From IMG/VR virus record IMGVR_UViG_3300044997_001199, positions 124,001 through 188,000 of that record: a stretch of 64,000 nucleotides of DNA; one strand, given 5' to 3'. The position numbers and the translations under genes were made by a program. The notes below the pieces were generated by a model. The model saw only the letters and a list, made by a program, of their open reading frames with translations, had not been told where the DNA came from and did no database searches. How positions within the stretch are numbered: the stretch's first letter is position 1; each line of letters starts with the position of its first letter. Below, piece after piece: positions 1 to 8,712 of this stretch.

Positions 1-66
1 ATCAGTGTTGTTTTCTTGGTGTAACAATTCAGTTAACTTGTTGATGCAGTTTTCGGACAGGGTCAT
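1..66 (-). CDS. 5' end of ErpA/IscA-family Fe-S carrier (runs off window edge)
   Basis: SD AAAGGA then ATG; reads MTLSENCINKLTELLHQENNTD, matching the A-type carrier N-terminal pattern (x-L-S/T-E-x-A/C-x-x-K-I/L-x-E/D-L-L-x-E-E/N-N). Only 22 codons visible. Confidence 0.6.
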   Translation of the reverse strand, partial: MTLSENCINKLTELLHQENNTD

Positions 67-197
67 ATTTCCTTTCTTGGCCAGGCACAGGCCTTGTCAT
101 TTTTAATCAGTTTTGATACTACTAAATGGTAACCGGTTGCAGATTGCTAAGTTTTTTGGTTGTTCTCAAGGCAGTATACTTCCACAAATATTTATAT

Positions 198-755
198 CTA
201 CAACCTTTCGTTGATCACATTCCAATCTATTATTTTCCAAAAACTGTCAATGTACGCTTCTTTGTCCCACTGATATTGCAGTGAATATGCGTGTTCCCAC
301 ATATCTAAAAGTAGCGCAATGTCGGTGCGCACAGCATGATTGGCAATGGTCTTGATATCGCCTGCAGTGGAAAGGTAAACCCATCCTGATCCTTGTAGCT
401 TCATGGCAGTTTCCTTCACTGCATCCTGGAATGCTTCATAGGTCTTGAATTTGGATTCAATCAGTTCCAGCGCCGCGCCGCGCGGTCGGTTGCCTGCACG
501 TGGGGCACGAAACTGTGGAAAAAATCGGTTGTGCAGATAACTGCCTGCACGGTTGAAATCGGCATTGCCTTTACCGGCATTGTATCTTTTTGCATAGCCC
601 TTGGCCAAGTGATTGTAGTGGTAGTCTATGGTTTCTGCACTCATGACCGGAGCCAAGTCCTTCTCCCCGTAAGGCAGAGGTGTGGTTTCCAATTTGGTTG
701 GCCGAGTGGTGGCTTCCAGCAAGTCAAGATCATCGCGTATAGTTCGCTGTACCAT
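198..755 (-). CDS. sod: Fe/Mn superoxide dismutase
   Basis: LPY...L-P-VMSAET..YH; LHN.FF; GSGW; DMWEHAY metal-ligand motifs; start moved to ATG at 755. Confidence 0.93.
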   Translation of the reverse strand: MVQRTIRDDLDLLEATTRPTKLETTPLPYGEKDLAPVMSAETIDYHYNHLAKGYAKRYNAGKGNADFNRAGSYLHNRFFPQFRAPRAGNRPRGAALELIESKFKTYEAFQDAVKETAMKLQGSGWVYLSTAGDIKTIANHAVRTDIALLLDMWEHAYSLQYQWDKEAYIDSFWKIIDWNVINERL

Positions 756-756
756 G

Positions 757-975
757 TCAGTTTCTCCGTACAATGCGTCCTCGTGTAAGGTCGTAGGCAG
801 AAAATTCCATTTCTACTTCGTCTCCTAGCAGTACCTTAATATTGTTCTGTCGCATACGACCACTGAGTGTTGCCAGTGCAATATGCTCGTGACCGTGTAG
901 TTGTACTCTAAACATCGCACTAGGCAACACATCTATGACCCGTCCAGTGGTTTTTAATACATCTTCTTTACCCAA
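757..975 (-). CDS. infA: Translation initiation factor IF-1
   Basis: GRVIDVLPSAMFRVQL...LSGRMRQNNIKVLLGDEVEMEFSAYDLTRGRIV; TTG start at 975 gives the canonical 72 aa. Confidence 0.96.
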   Translation of the reverse strand: MGKEDVLKTTGRVIDVLPSAMFRVQLHGHEHIALATLSGRMRQNNIKVLLGDEVEMEFSAYDLTRGRIVRRN

Positions 976-1300
976 GTGAAAATTCAATCCTCTTTAACCG
1001 ATCCCAACGGAAACTGCGCCATGCATCTTTCTCGCAATCCCATACCACACACACTTCGGGATTGGGAACATGTTCCGTGACAGTATTTACTCGTTTGGCT
1101 CCAAGTATTTCGGAAAGAGTACAAATCATGTGTTTGGCACTGCCATCAGATTTTTCAAATTCAACTGAAACCGCGGTTTCGGTCAACAGTGTGCGCAGCC
1201 AGGTCTTGAAGTCTTCGCGGTCCTGATCCGATGCCCGGCAGTAAAAATTGCCCGGGTCATCGGCCAGTTCTCTCCATGTCTGAGATTGTTCTGAGTTTAT
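968..1300 (-). CDS. WYL_2/DUF2693-like SH3 beta-barrel protein; apparent ATA start
   Basis: V-F-K-DG..K-M-CTL...V-VWD-EK-AWRSFRWDRL pattern; AAGGAG lies 6 nt upstream of ATA at 1300. Confidence 0.6.
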   Translation of the reverse strand: MNSEQSQTWRELADDPGNFYCRASDQDREDFKTWLRTLLTETAVSVEFEKSDGSAKHMICTLSEILGAKRVNTVTEHVPNPEVCVVWDCEKDAWRSFRWDRLKRIEFSLG

Positions 1301-1494
1301 TGCGATCTCCTTGACCACAAAAAGCAGGCCAACTAGCCAGAAACAGCAGTCGGTCCTACTCATTGAAAAATTCAAAATCCATGCAGTTGATTTCAATACG
1401 ATAGTTTATTTTTGGTCAACTGAATTGTCTTGTTTTCTTTTTATGCCTTCGATAGATTTATAAAATACCTATCATAATATGACCAATATAGATT

Positions 1495-1875
1495 TTATCT
1501 TCTCATTTTTGCAGCATCAATAGCCGATTGTTTGTCAAACACTGGTTGTAAACACGATTTGTGAAGTACAGTTACTCCAATACACTCTGTACCGGTATAC
1601 TGCTTGGCCGGTGATGCTGCAGCAGTGCCGCGACCGGTGTCCACACTAGGAATGCGAGGTCCGTTATCACGACGATAAGGACCTGGGTTGCCCGGCAAGC
1701 GCGTGACTGTGTCGGTGCGGACAGTGTTTGGTCTGATATCATACTTGTCTAGCAGTTGCTGCCAGGCGTCGCGATTCTTCCGTGCCTGTGCAGCAGCATC
1801 TGCAGTGCGGTATCGGCGACCGCCACGTTTTTTTCCAGTGGTAGTGAGCCAGGGGCCAACAAGGTGCATGGTCAT
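1495..1875 (-). CDS. Hypothetical phage protein (basic)
   Basis: ORF with SD GAGAG downstream of a sigma70-type promoter. Confidence 0.7.
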   Translation of the reverse strand: MTMHLVGPWLTTTGKKRGGRRYRTADAAAQARKNRDAWQQLLDKYDIRPNTVRTDTVTRLPGNPGPYRRDNGPRIPSVDTGRGTAAASPAKQYTGTECIGVTVLHKSCLQPVFDKQSAIDAAKMRR

Positions 1876-1902
1876 GTGCTATCTCTCGTGGTTGATTTGA
1901 GT

Positions 1903-1931
1903 ATTATACAAGAACCGGGTACAGCAGTCAA
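1903..1931 (-). promoter_or_regulatory. sigma70-type early promoter TTGACT-17-TATAAT
   Basis: Direct reading; 17-nt spacer. Confidence 0.85.
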
Positions 1932-2243
1932 TCACTTGAAGAAAATCATGGCTACTAGAGTCGCTTGCATCACAAAGCCTGCAGCAATGGTGGCGATTTG
2001 CAACAGGTTGCGTCGTACCAGGGACTGTAAAAACAGTGCCACCAGTCCTCCGTAGACCGGGAGCAGCATGTCCAGGGGCGGCATGCGATCACTGAGACCC
2101 GACAACAGAGACATGAGCATGGGCACAGTGCTGGCATGCAGCATGAGCACTGCCAGCCAGCCCAGAGTTTCTGCTGACACCAAATTCAACCCCTGCAGGA
2201 ACCGTTCAAAACCTTGCTTGACATCTATCATTGCTAATATCAT
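1932..2243 (-). CDS. Small multi-pass membrane protein
   Basis: Three hydrophobic segments; GAGGAGG SD before ATG 2243. Confidence 0.7.
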   Translation of the reverse strand: MILAMIDVKQGFERFLQGLNLVSAETLGWLAVLMLHASTVPMLMSLLSGLSDRMPPLDMLLPVYGGLVALFLQSLVRRNLLQIATIAAGFVMQATLVAMIFFK

Positions 2244-2256
2244 TGCTAATCCCTCC

Positions 2257-2796
2257 TCAGGGCTTGTAAAAAATATGATGACCAATCTTGGCCACCCGGG
2301 TTTTGCCCCAGCGTGGGTTCATGTAGTCTGCATGATAATACAGGGCATCTTGCAGGCCAGGCAAGCGCATGCCTTCCATCATGACCATGACCGCTGCATC
2401 GTAACTGTCCTGATACAGCGCAGGATGTTTTTTGCGAGTGACCACGGCGCTTTTACACAACCAAGAAAACTGACAGACCACACGATCGTAGATCATACTC
2501 TTTTGATAGATCACACGACAGGGATCTTTGGGGAAATCCGGGTGTGCCACTCTGTTCATGACCACCTGCGCCACTGCGATTTTGCCTGCAGCAGGTTCGT
2601 CGGCAGCTTCCCAGTAGATGTTGTCGGCCATGCATCGCAGTTGCCGACGTTGTTCTTTTACTGACACGTGAGCAAACTGTGCACGATCATTTTCTTGTGT
2701 GGCTTTGTTGATCCTGTAGTTTACCACCCAGATAGTAGAAAACCCCGCCACTGCCACTGCCACTACAAATCCAAGCATGTACATATATTTTTTCAT
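2257..2796 (-). CDS. SleB/Hydrolase_2 cell wall hydrolase with N-terminal membrane anchor
   Basis: CMADNIYWEAADEP..GKIAVAQVVMNRV..P.FP..C.VIYQ...CQFSW; ALYYHADY..P.W...IGHHIFY. Confidence 0.92.
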   Translation of the reverse strand: MKKYMYMLGFVVAVAVAGFSTIWVVNYRINKATQENDRAQFAHVSVKEQRRQLRCMADNIYWEAADEPAAGKIAVAQVVMNRVAHPDFPKDPCRVIYQKSMIYDRVVCQFSWLCKSAVVTRKKHPALYQDSYDAAVMVMMEGMRLPGLQDALYYHADYMNPRWGKTRVAKIGHHIFYKP

Positions 2797-2925
2797 GTAA
2801 CAACCCTCCGGTTTGCGCCGTGTTTGGCGCCGCGATCGCTTGAAAATATACAAAAGCCTTCGCTGTTTTTGAAACGTCTAGTATATAGCCAGGTGCAACA
2901 GGTAGGTATTAAACCCGGTTATCTG

Positions 2926-3687
2926 TTATTGGTCAAGTCTGCACACCGGAATAGGTTGCATTTTGTGAAGTGTCTGAATTCGTATGCGGCGGTACACTGC
3001 CAGCGCCTGCGCTTCCTGTTCCGAAGCAGGGTCTGTGCCCTGCTCGTCCTGTGACATGGCCAATTCCAGCTCGGCATAGGAGAGGCCTTGCAGTTGATCC
3101 TGATCGGTACGGCCATCATCCCAGAGTCCGTCAGTGGGCGCGGCTGTGATGATGTCCTCCAACACGCCAAGTTCCCGACCCATGTCCCACACTTGGGTTT
3201 TCAAACAATCGCCGATGGGACTGATGTCCACGCCGCCGTCGCCGTATTTGGTAAAGAATCCCACACCAAAATCTTCCACACGATTGCCAGTGCCCACCAC
3301 GATGCCGCCCAGAGTCTGCGCAGACTGGTAGAGAGTGGTCATACGCAACCTCGCGCGACTGTTGGCCAAGGCCAACTCATTGGGACTTTTCCAGAGATTT
3401 GCAAACTGGTCATAGACTGCAGTGAGATCTACGGTGTGCATGGTCACATTGTTAAATTGTTGGGTCAGCCATTGGCCGTGTCGTTGGCTGAGATCATGTA
3501 GCTCGGGTCGCTGATGTATGGGCATGCTGAGAACATGAGTGTCCAGGCCGGTACGAGCACACAGAGTACTGACCACTGAGCTGTCGATGCCGCCCGATAT
3601 GCCTACCACAAGCGTCGAAATCAAATGTGTGTCTGCATAGTCACGGATCCAGGCAGTGATATGTGCGATTCGTTGTTGAGCGTTCAT
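2926..3687 (-). CDS. nadE: NH3-dependent NAD+ synthetase
   Basis: VVGISGGIDSSVV; N..ARLRMTTLY; GTGNRVE; GFFTKYGDGGVD; APTDGLW..RTD. Confidence 0.96.
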   Translation of the reverse strand: MNAQQRIAHITAWIRDYADTHLISTLVVGISGGIDSSVVSTLCARTGLDTHVLSMPIHQRPELHDLSQRHGQWLTQQFNNVTMHTVDLTAVYDQFANLWKSPNELALANSRARLRMTTLYQSAQTLGGIVVGTGNRVEDFGVGFFTKYGDGGVDISPIGDCLKTQVWDMGRELGVLEDIITAAPTDGLWDDGRTDQDQLQGLSYAELELAMSQDEQGTDPASEQEAQALAVYRRIRIQTLHKMQPIPVCRLDQ

Positions 3688-4094
3688 TTGATCTCCGGTG
3701 GCGGCATGGTCGTGAGTTGTTTCCACATCTGTGATTTTTCGATGCATCTTTTTTCCAACTCGCGATAACGTTGTCCCATCTCGCGTAGTTCTTCCCACTC
3801 GGCCTCCATTTGAACATTTGGTGCCAAAATGTTCAACCGTTGTTGTATGCTGTGTAATGTCTCGGTGAGGCTCACCCCATCGATCACAATGTCAGCACCT
3901 TCTCCCGCAAGATTCAATCGATTGTTAGGGGTATTGTTGATTATGCTGATAGTATCTGTAGCTGACCCCACGGGGTTGTTCCAGTCAAAGACAATGTCTT
4001 TGGCACAGTCCAAAAGATTTAGGGTCATGATGTTATCGACCACAGGTTCAGACAGGGTCACGGTGTCACTGATTTTGATTTCTGTAGTTGCCAT
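3684..4094 (-). CDS. Conserved hypothetical phage protein, C-terminal coiled coil
   Basis: ORF with SD AAGGA; stop overlaps nadE start. Confidence 0.7.
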   Translation of the reverse strand: MATTEIKISDTVTLSEPVVDNIMTLNLLDCAKDIVFDWNNPVGSATDTISIINNTPNNRLNLAGEGADIVIDGVSLTETLHSIQQRLNILAPNVQMEAEWEELREMGQRYRELEKRCIEKSQMWKQLTTMPPPEIK

Positions 4095-4240
4095 GTTCCG
4101 TCCTTGTTGTCTGTCCATTCCAGGATGTCACCAGGTTGCCAGTCCAGTTTCTTGCATAGTTCGGGCCCAAGATCCAACAACAATTCGACAGGATTGTCTG
4201 GATCGGTCACTATCTGATGTATGCCGCGATATTCACTCAT
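4058..4240 (-). CDS. AbrB/MazE/SpoVT-like small DNA-binding protein
   Basis: LLLDLGPELCKKLDWQPGDILEW..DG swapped-hairpin pattern. Confidence 0.65.
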   Translation of the reverse strand: MSEYRGIHQIVTDPDNPVELLLDLGPELCKKLDWQPGDILEWTDNKDGTWQLQKSKSVTP

Positions 4241-4907
4241 TTCGGTCGCCCAAGAGTTGCAATAGATTCACAAAAATATTGATAAAATTGATATATAGGC
4301 TCAGTGCAGCGAACCATTGCATGCGACCGATGTCTGCAACGTCGGCTCGCCAAAACAGATCTCTGATGCGATTCATGTCATGGGCTGTGAGTCCCAGGAA
4401 AATCACGATGGTCAGTACATTCAATGTCATCTGCAGTGCAGTGCTGCCCACAAAAATATTGACAATCGAAGCCACTACCAATCCAATGACCCCAGCGAAT
4501 AGGAACGGACCCCAGCCCGAGATATCGCGACGTGTGAAATATCCCCATCCGGCCAAGGCAACAAAACTTACAGTGGTCCCTATCAAGGCCTGTGCGATGG
4601 ATCCTGCGGTATAGACTGCAAAGATCAAACTGAGACTTAGTCCCATGGCTGCCGCAAAGCCAAAATACCAGGCCTTGATGGCAGATTCAGACAACTCAGA
4701 TCCGCGCCAGGCCAGATACAGACTCATGGCCAGAGGAAGGAAAATCAACGCATATCCCAGGATGCCCGAAAACAACAACGGCACCAGGCCCAGCCCCGCA
4801 ATCACTGAGGACGCAAGCAAGGTCGCCAACACGCCAGTGGTCATGCGAGACAGTACTCCCCCTACTGCGGAGTTCAGTTCCGCGGCTGTAGAAACAGTGT
4901 TAGACAT
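4233..4907 (-). CDS. Bax inhibitor-1/YccA family membrane protein
   Basis: Seven TM segments; G.TT.RD.S.WG..LF; D.NRI; ALSLYINFINIFVNLLQLLG. Confidence 0.92.
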   Translation of the reverse strand: MSNTVSTAAELNSAVGGVLSRMTTGVLATLLASSVIAGLGLVPLLFSGILGYALIFLPLAMSLYLAWRGSELSESAIKAWYFGFAAAMGLSLSLIFAVYTAGSIAQALIGTTVSFVALAGWGYFTRRDISGWGPFLFAGVIGLVVASIVNIFVGSTALQMTLNVLTIVIFLGLTAHDMNRIRDLFWRADVADIGRMQWFAALSLYINFINIFVNLLQLLGDRNE

Positions 4908-4931
4908 TGTGCTATCTCCTTTGGAATATGT

Positions 4932-4960
4932 ATGTTACTGCAGCATGCCTGCAAAGTCAA
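4932..4960 (-). promoter_or_regulatory. sigma70-type promoter TTGACT-17-TAACAT
   Basis: Direct reading upstream of the yccA-like gene. Confidence 0.7.
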
Positions 4961-4997
4961 ACAGTTTGTATTATATATTTCTTCGATTTGATGATCA

Positions 4998-5024
4998 CAA
5001 AAATGCGGAACTCGAGTGCCGCAT
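4998..5024 (-). terminator. Rho-independent terminator
   Basis: ATGCGG...CCGCAT hairpin followed by TTTTTGT on minus strand. Confidence 0.65.
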
Positions 5025-5043
5025 ACCGGGCCAAACCGATCAA

Positions 5044-5391
5044 TCAATCGTAGGTAACCGACGGCATGTTGATCGCGCGATCACCGGTACCTGCCAGGTT
5101 AGCTCGCTGCCCTACTCGTTGAAATTCACTGCGGCGTGCGATCTGCAGTTTTTCATTGTACTTGCATGACACAGCATAGGCAGCATCTGCATCCAGATCA
5201 AGATGGCGTAGATAGTCAAGGCTTTCCAACTTGGTCATGGGCTCGGGCAGTTCTACTAGATTGATATTGCTACAGCCGGTCTTGTTGAGAATCTTGATGC
5301 GGCTCACAAGGTCCGTGGCCCAACGTACCTTGGTCACGCCATTGGGATTGGTAGCAGTACCTGCCACAGTGAAAAGTTTTTCGTTGATCAT
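5044..5391 (-). CDS. Hypothetical phage protein
   Basis: ORF with SD GGGAG, followed by terminator. Confidence 0.7.
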   Translation of the reverse strand: MINEKLFTVAGTATNPNGVTKVRWATDLVSRIKILNKTGCSNINLVELPEPMTKLESLDYLRHLDLDADAAYAVSCKYNEKLQIARRSEFQRVGQRANLAGTGDRAINMPSVTYD

Positions 5392-5406
5392 GTTAGTCTC
5401 CAGAAG

Positions 5407-5532
5407 TTATTGGGTCAACCGAGTGACCTGAGTTTTAACCGTCTCGACCGCGCGGTCAAGAATGCCCACGACACCACCGATGCCTACTGCTGATATAACA
5501 ATACCTACCAAAACTCCTACCCAAAAATTCAT
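5407..5532 (-). CDS. 41-aa membrane peptide (below ORF-track cutoff)
   Basis: AAGGAG SD; MNFWVGVLVGIVISAVGIGGVVGILDRAVETVKTQVTRLTQ*. Confidence 0.75.
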   Translation of the reverse strand: MNFWVGVLVGIVISAVGIGGVVGILDRAVETVKTQVTRLTQ

Positions 5533-5739
5533 GATGTCTCCTTGACGATTTTCACACGATTGAGTTGAGCGGTGTCGAGGCGCAGGGACTCGACTGTGCC
5601 GGAGATGCTACTTTACATACTCACCGTTGATACGTTGAGCGTGAGCCGCTGCGGCCCACACTGTGTCTGCGGGACAGACCGCGACGGGCATCTGAGACTT
5701 GGCACGGCGAGCAGTTTTCATGACATAGTTGGCAAGCAT
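5529..5739 (-). pseudogene. Internally deleted gene: N-terminal and C-terminal stumps joined out of frame
   Basis: MLANY...VWAAAAHAQRINGEYVK* followed in another frame by ISGTVESLRLDTAQLNRVKIV; both recall the ends of a ~220-aa phage family (from memory). Confidence 0.5.
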
Positions 5740-5768
5740 GGTCAGACCTTGTCTGGCACGATGATTCG

Positions 5769-5797
5769 ATTATACACAAATTGCAGAGTCTGGTCAA
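5769..5797 (-). promoter_or_regulatory. sigma70-type promoter TTGACC-17-TATAAT
   Basis: Direct reading. Confidence 0.85.
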
Positions 5798-6369
5798 CCG
5801 CGGGTGTCAACCACGAGATACTGGAAATAGGCATAGTGCTGGCTCAGGGTCCAGTCATCAGGATCGACTGCGGTGCCATCGTGAGTCTCGAAACGGGCTG
5901 AGAAAATCTGCGTGTACCTACGGAACGGAAACCACATGTCGGGGGTATGGCCGGCCCATCCCGATTCCTTAAGACGTCGGTGCTTGGCGCGACTCAACGT
6001 CACAGTGGGTGCGTTGAGCGCCTGTGCCACAGAGATCACACCCGACAACAACATGTCACGGATGCGAGCCGCAGGAATCAGGTGCTCAAAATCCACATCA
6101 GCATCGGCGCCGATTTCACGATAATGAGCACCCATGCCGTCTCGCTGGCGGATGCAGTATTCGTGATAACGGTGTAGATAATAGTCGATGTCGTTGCGCA
6201 CTTCTCGCAACAACTGTTGGTCATTGCGTATGGTCCGGTATTCTTCTACCAGGAGATCGAGGTGCCTGGCACAATGACGAGCCACTGTGCGATAGGTGTC
6301 TGCGGTGCGACGAGTGCGTCCATAGACTGGTGCAGAGAAAGTCTTAATGGATGTTTCCAATGTGCTCAT
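5794..6369 (-). CDS. Hypothetical protein with FEH-IP (His-Me/HNH-like) motif
   Basis: DFEHLIPA motif; start at 6369 overlaps end of upstream gene. Confidence 0.65.
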   Translation of the reverse strand: MSTLETSIKTFSAPVYGRTRRTADTYRTVARHCARHLDLLVEEYRTIRNDQQLLREVRNDIDYYLHRYHEYCIRQRDGMGAHYREIGADADVDFEHLIPAARIRDMLLSGVISVAQALNAPTVTLSRAKHRRLKESGWAGHTPDMWFPFRRYTQIFSARFETHDGTAVDPDDWTLSQHYAYFQYLVVDTRG

Positions 6370-6847
6370 TTTTTGCGATCTCACACATATATTCAAAGGA
6401 AGGCACTTCGTGACTCCACCATTGATTATCGCGTTTGGGTCTACCATCATGTTCAAATGGAACCCGAATGGTGTTACCAGCCTTGCGTCGATAGGATTCA
6501 TATGGAAAAACGAAATAGTATTGTTTTTGAGTTAGATTCTCGGTTATCACAGCCAAGATCGTACGGGTATGTCCCTTGATGGATATGTAGGCGCCGAGTT
6601 TGCGTTTGCCAGTTACATACCATTTTTCTAGACTGGTAGCACCGTGTTTGATCTGATGCCCACTTACCAGATCTATTTCTGGAGTATTTTTACTACAACG
6701 ACCAATGCCTGAATGCTTGCTAACACTTAACTCTGCCAACTCACCGATATCGATAAGGCGTTTTTCCTCCAGCAAAGCAATGGCTTTGCTCAATGGCATG
6801 GTCGCGGTCAGTTGGTCTTCAAAAATTACTTCATATAACTTGTTCAT
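6344..6847 (-). CDS. Hypothetical protein, possible PD-(D/E)XK nuclease fold
   Basis: GELAE...PEIDLVSGHQIK arrangement; SD AGGAG. Confidence 0.55.
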   Translation of the reverse strand: MNKLYEVIFEDQLTATMPLSKAIALLEEKRLIDIGELAELSVSKHSGIGRCSKNTPEIDLVSGHQIKHGATSLEKWYVTGKRKLGAYISIKGHTRTILAVITENLTQKQYYFVFPYESYRRKAGNTIRVPFEHDGRPKRDNQWWSHEVPSFEYMCEIAKNEHIGNIH

Positions 6848-6917
6848 AGTTGCTCCTGGATGTCGTAAAACTGTCGAGAACTCAGCCGCCGGATACGATA
6901 TCCTGCTAGCTGTAGTG

Positions 6918-6946
6918 ATTGTATGCAAAAATTACCCTGCGGTCAA
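6918..6946 (-). promoter_or_regulatory. sigma70-type promoter TTGACC-17-TACAAT
   Basis: Direct reading. Confidence 0.8.
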
Positions 6947-6956
6947 CCGGAACTGC

Positions 6957-7097
6957 CTACCAACTGGAATTGTAAAAAACTCGCAGGTCCATGAATAGGT
7001 CTGCACGTGCTTCGCGCACAAAAGCTAAATCCTGATCTCGACGATGTTCGTCCGATGCACTGCCAAAGAAAAATCCCTGGATGTTGAGTGTGGCCAT
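6957..7097 (-). pseudogene. C-terminal remnant of a conserved phage protein
   Basis: MATLNIQGFFFGSASDEHRRDQDLAFVREARADLFMDLRVFYNSSW*; resembles only the last third of the GFFFG...VFYNSSW family (from memory). Confidence 0.5.
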
Positions 7098-7112
7098 CTG
7101 CCCCGTGCTCGA

Positions 7113-7373
7113 TTACTGAGAGTTTTTGGCACTGCGTTTTAGATAGTAGCGCCTGATGTGACGATCGGCCATGTGTGAGTCCAGTGTATTGTACAGCCAA
7201 AAGTCATGGATGTCAAACTTGTTGCAAAAGCTCTGCCCCACCCGTTGTCCTTGCAGGCAATCCCAGATCACGGTCCTGCGCCAGGAATCATAGTCCTGAC
7301 GAGACACACGCCGGGGTTTTTCACGATACAGATTCAAAAGTTGTTCACGAGTCCAGGCCAAGGGGCTGATCAT
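7113..7373 (-). CDS. Hypothetical protein
   Basis: Coupled ORF in tight operon. Confidence 0.65.
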   Translation of the reverse strand: MISPLAWTREQLLNLYREKPRRVSRQDYDSWRRTVIWDCLQGQRVGQSFCNKFDIHDFWLYNTLDSHMADRHIRRYYLKRSAKNSQ

Positions 7374-8053
7374 AGCAGTTCGGGCTCTGTGAGAGACAGA
7401 TAATGCCAGGCTTCCTGGCCCTGGCCAGTGGACTCAATGCAGCAAGTGGCTCGTAGATCTACCTGACCCTGTTGGAAAAATCCTTCGACCAGGCTGCGCA
7501 AAGGATTTACCAGACCAACCGACCACAGCACAGGGCGACAGTCATGATCGGCCCACCAATATTCCATGGTTTCTTGCCGACGACGACTGCGCAGCACACG
7601 ACGCTGTGCAGTGAGAGTACCTGTCAGACCTATGACCACCGAAACATCGTTGTGCGGTGCCATGACCGTGCGCAGTGAATCTCGGATTTCTAAGTGAGCC
7701 TGATCCTCAGCATAGAAATACGGCAGTCGACACAGCATACCGATGTGTCTCTGCTGATAGTGTTGTGTTTCCAACAAGTGATAAAGATCCTGTTGGAAGT
7801 CGGTCAACGGTCGTGAGCCACGCAGGGCTGCCAGGGTGATCTTGCTGATGTAGTATTGACGTATGCATGCGGCCAATTCGCGATCCTCGTGCACCGGCGT
7901 CTGGCTTTCGAGAGCAGTCCAGCGCACTCGATAGTTGGTTCTCACTGCCTGACGCCAGGCGGCCACACTGAGACTCAGCGGATCATCGCTGTAGACCATG
8001 GGAGTTTGGTCTCGGTTGACACCGAGAAAATCCCAAATTGCCTTTTCTATCAC
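7370..8053 (-). CDS. Hypothetical protein
   Basis: Coupled ORF (4-nt overlaps on both sides). Confidence 0.7.
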   Translation of the reverse strand: MIEKAIWDFLGVNRDQTPMVYSDDPLSLSVAAWRQAVRTNYRVRWTALESQTPVHEDRELAACIRQYYISKITLAALRGSRPLTDFQQDLYHLLETQHYQQRHIGMLCRLPYFYAEDQAHLEIRDSLRTVMAPHNDVSVVIGLTGTLTAQRRVLRSRRRQETMEYWWADHDCRPVLWSVGLVNPLRSLVEGFFQQGQVDLRATCCIESTGQGQEAWHYLSLTEPELL

Positions 8054-8244
8054 AGTGTGACCTCGGGAATCTGCAAAGAAACAGCCAATGCTGCGACTGG
8101 ATTGGCGAATTCAGCAGCCCAACACTGATCTTGGTGATTCCAATACCAGTGATAGTCTTGGCCCAGTTGGACTCCGGCACGGTCCAGCCACTGTGACCAG
8201 GTCAAAAAACTCCAGTGAGGCCTTAGCGAAACAACTGTGCTCAT
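8050..8244 (-). CDS. Small Trp-rich hypothetical protein
   Basis: Coupled ORF; W...W-W...W-A-F...A pattern of small phage proteins. Confidence 0.6.
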   Translation of the reverse strand: MSTVVSLRPHWSFLTWSQWLDRAGVQLGQDYHWYWNHQDQCWAAEFANPVAALAVSLQIPEVTL

Positions 8245-8573
8245 AGTGCAGTGTTCCGCAGGCGATCAATCACTGCAGGGTCTCCAGAAACCACGTTCAT
8301 GATCTGATTGAAACGCTGTGCGCGAGTTACAACTTCTTTGATGTCATGTACTTGTACGATGAACTCATCGGTTTCATTGTTGTAGAGATAAAATTGCTCA
8401 CCGTGCTGTTCCACACGCACAGCTATCACGCTGGGCGGTTGACCCTGTTCGATTTCATCCAGCATGCGACTGCGCTTTTGGTTGAACGCACGACACGCAC
8501 GATTGATTGCCCACATCAGATAAAGTGCAGAAATCGCGGTTCCTATCAGCAGTCCTGCAACAAACTCAAACAT
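8241..8573 (-). CDS. Hypothetical protein with N-terminal TM helix
   Basis: SD GAGGAG; hydrophobic N-terminus. Confidence 0.7.
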   Translation of the reverse strand: MFEFVAGLLIGTAISALYLMWAINRACRAFNQKRSRMLDEIEQGQPPSVIAVRVEQHGEQFYLYNNETDEFIVQVHDIKEVVTRAQRFNQIMNVVSGDPAVIDRLRNTAL

Positions 8574-8712
8574 TGTGTGCTCCTCGACGATTATTGAGAT
8601 GACTTCTGCTCGGTAAGACTATTCCTCTCCCAAAAAACGCCATCGGAATCTCCTTTAGGCCAAAGTTCATCAGCGTGTGTATTGTACTGCCAAACAGAGC
8701 CAGTGTCGACCT

